DNA of 64,000 nt from Phycicoccus sp. Its GTDB lineage: Bacteria > Actinomycetota > Actinomycetes > Actinomycetales > Dermatophilaceae. The notes beneath the pieces were generated by a model. That model was given only the letters and a program-made list of their open reading frames with translations, searched no databases and had not been told where the DNA came from. How positions within the stretch are numbered: position 1 is the stretch's first letter; each line of letters begins with the position of its first letter. Made by a program: the position numbers and the translations under genes. The stretch is taken from positions 6,089-70,088 of the forward strand of contig DAOLRO010000001.1 in NCBI GenBank assembly GCA_035418665.1, in the 5' to 3' direction. This document shows, one piece after another, positions 62,669 to 64,000 of this stretch.

Positions 62669-64000
62669 TCAGGGGAGGGAGAGGCGCTCCTTGACGACCG
62701 TCACGAGGCGCTGAGCCACGGCCTGGGCGCTCTCCTCGGTCGCAGCCTCGACCATGACGCGCACGAGCGGCTCCGTCCCTGACTTGCGCAGGAGCACGCG
62801 CCCATTGCCCGCCAACTCCTCGGTGGCCTCGGCCACCGCCTCTTGGAGCGGCTCGTCGGTCTCGACGCGGCTCTTGTCGACGCCCTTGACGTTGATGAGC
62901 ACCTGAGGCATCCGGGTCATGACGGTGCCGAGCTCGGCCAGGGACGATTTGGTCTCGGCGATGCGGGCACCGAGCATGAGCCCGGTGAGCACACCGTCGC
63001 CGGTGGTGCCATGGTCGAGCATGATGACGTGCCCGGACTGCTCCCCGCCCAGTGAATACTCACCTGCGCGCATGTCCTCGAGCACGTAACGGTCGCCCAC
63101 CCCGGTCTGGCGCACGGTGATGCCCTCACGCTCCATGGCCTTGAGCAGCCCGAGGTTGCTCATGACGGTCGCGACGAGCGTGTCCTGCGCGAGGCGCCCG
63201 CGGGACTTCAGGGCCACCGCCAGGATGCCCATGATCTGGTCTCCGTCGATGACGTTGCCGTCCGCGTCGACCGCGAGGCAGCGATCGGCGTCACCGTCGT
63301 GGGCGATGCCCAGGTGCGCACCCTTGTCGCGCACCGCGGCCTGCAGCCGGTCGAGGTGGGTCGAGCCATAGCCGTCGTTGATGTTGAGTCCGTCCGGCGA
63401 TGCCCCGATCTCGAAGACATCAGCGCCAGCGAGCCGGAAGACCTCGGGCGAGACCTCGCTCGCCGCACCGTGCGCGCAGTCCAACACGACAGTGAGGCCG
63501 TCGAGGCGATTCGGCACGGCCGCGAGGAGGTGCGCGACATAGCGAGCCTGTCCGGCGCGGTTCTCGTGCACCCGCCCGACCTCGGCACCCACGGGGCGCT
63601 TCCACTCCACGCCGATCTGCGCCGCGATCTCGTCCTCGACCGCGTCGGGCAGTTTGTGCCCACCAGCGGCGAAGAACTTGATCCCGTTGTCCGGCATCGC
63701 GTTGTGCGAGGCCGACAACATGACGCCGAAGTGGGCGTCCATGTCCGACGTGAGGAAGGCGACCGCCGGTGTGGGCAGCACCCCCACGTTGTGGACATCC
63801 ACACCCGCCGAGGCCAAGCCAGCGATCACCGCGGCCGACAGGAACTCACCCGAGGCACGCGGGTCGCGTCCGACCACGGCCTTGGGCTTGCGGCCGGCCG
63901 CCCGAGCCTCACGGCCGAGCACATGGGCAGCAGCGGTCGCGAGGTTGAGGGCGAGCTCGGCCGTGATGTCGACGTTGGCCAGGCCACGCACACCGTCGGT
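62669..64000 (-). CDS. glmM: Phosphoglucosamine mutase (5' end outside the window)
   Basis: TDGVRG, SASHN, DGDADR, GGEQSGH, RKSGTEP. Confidence 0.96.
   Translation of the reverse strand, partial: TDGVRGLANVDITAELALNLATAAAHVLGREARAAGRKPKAVVGRDPRASGEFLSAAVIAGLASAGVDVHNVGVLPTPAVAFLTSDMDAHFGVMLSASHNAMPDNGIKFFAAGGHKLPDAVEDEIAAQIGVEWKRPVGAEVGRVHENRAGQARYVAHLLAAVPNRLDGLTVVLDCAHGAASEVSPEVFRLAGADVFEIGASPDGLNINDGYGSTHLDRLQAAVRDKGAHLGIAHDGDADRCLAVDADGNVIDGDQIMGILAVALKSRGRLAQDTLVATVMSNLGLLKAMEREGITVRQTGVGDRYVLEDMRAGEYSLGGEQSGHVIMLDHGTTGDGVLTGLMLGARIAETKSSLAELGTVMTRMPQVLINVKGVDKSRVETDEPLQEAVAEATEELAGNGRVLLRKSGTEPLVRVMVEAATEESAQAVAQRLVTVVKERLSLP

Overview
High-GC (about 69% by eye) actinobacterial chromosomal segment, probably Micrococcales (inferred from gene order and protein signatures). 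Gene content is mostly core: rseA-sigE, dapE/dapD/dapC-fdxA, gltA, a stand-alone ctaD, typA, a complete peptide ABC operon, malQ, ychF-rmuC-ispH-xseAB, class I fumarase, two beta-carbonic anhydrases, a GH1 glucosidase, a polar amino-acid ABC operon and glmM. Accessory inserts are a CmtR plus P1B-ATPase pair, two VapBC-type TA pairs, lysG-lysE, aqpZ and an uncharacterised GT4/methyltransferase/prenyltransferase-like cluster. No rRNA, tRNA, CRISPR array or transposase was recognised. The strongest unexplained signal is non-genic. The non-palindromic octamer GTATGCCG/CGGCATAC occurs at least 48 times (manual count, 24 per strand), against roughly 2-3 expected from base composition. It lies in several reading frames, often via rare codons, and forms inverted pairs in terminator-like hairpins, which resembles DNA-uptake-sequence or HIP1-type motifs. 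Also present are an exact 300-bp tandem duplication with a microhomology junction and several unrelated long-stem hairpin elements. Start codons were chosen by eye and all counts are manual.
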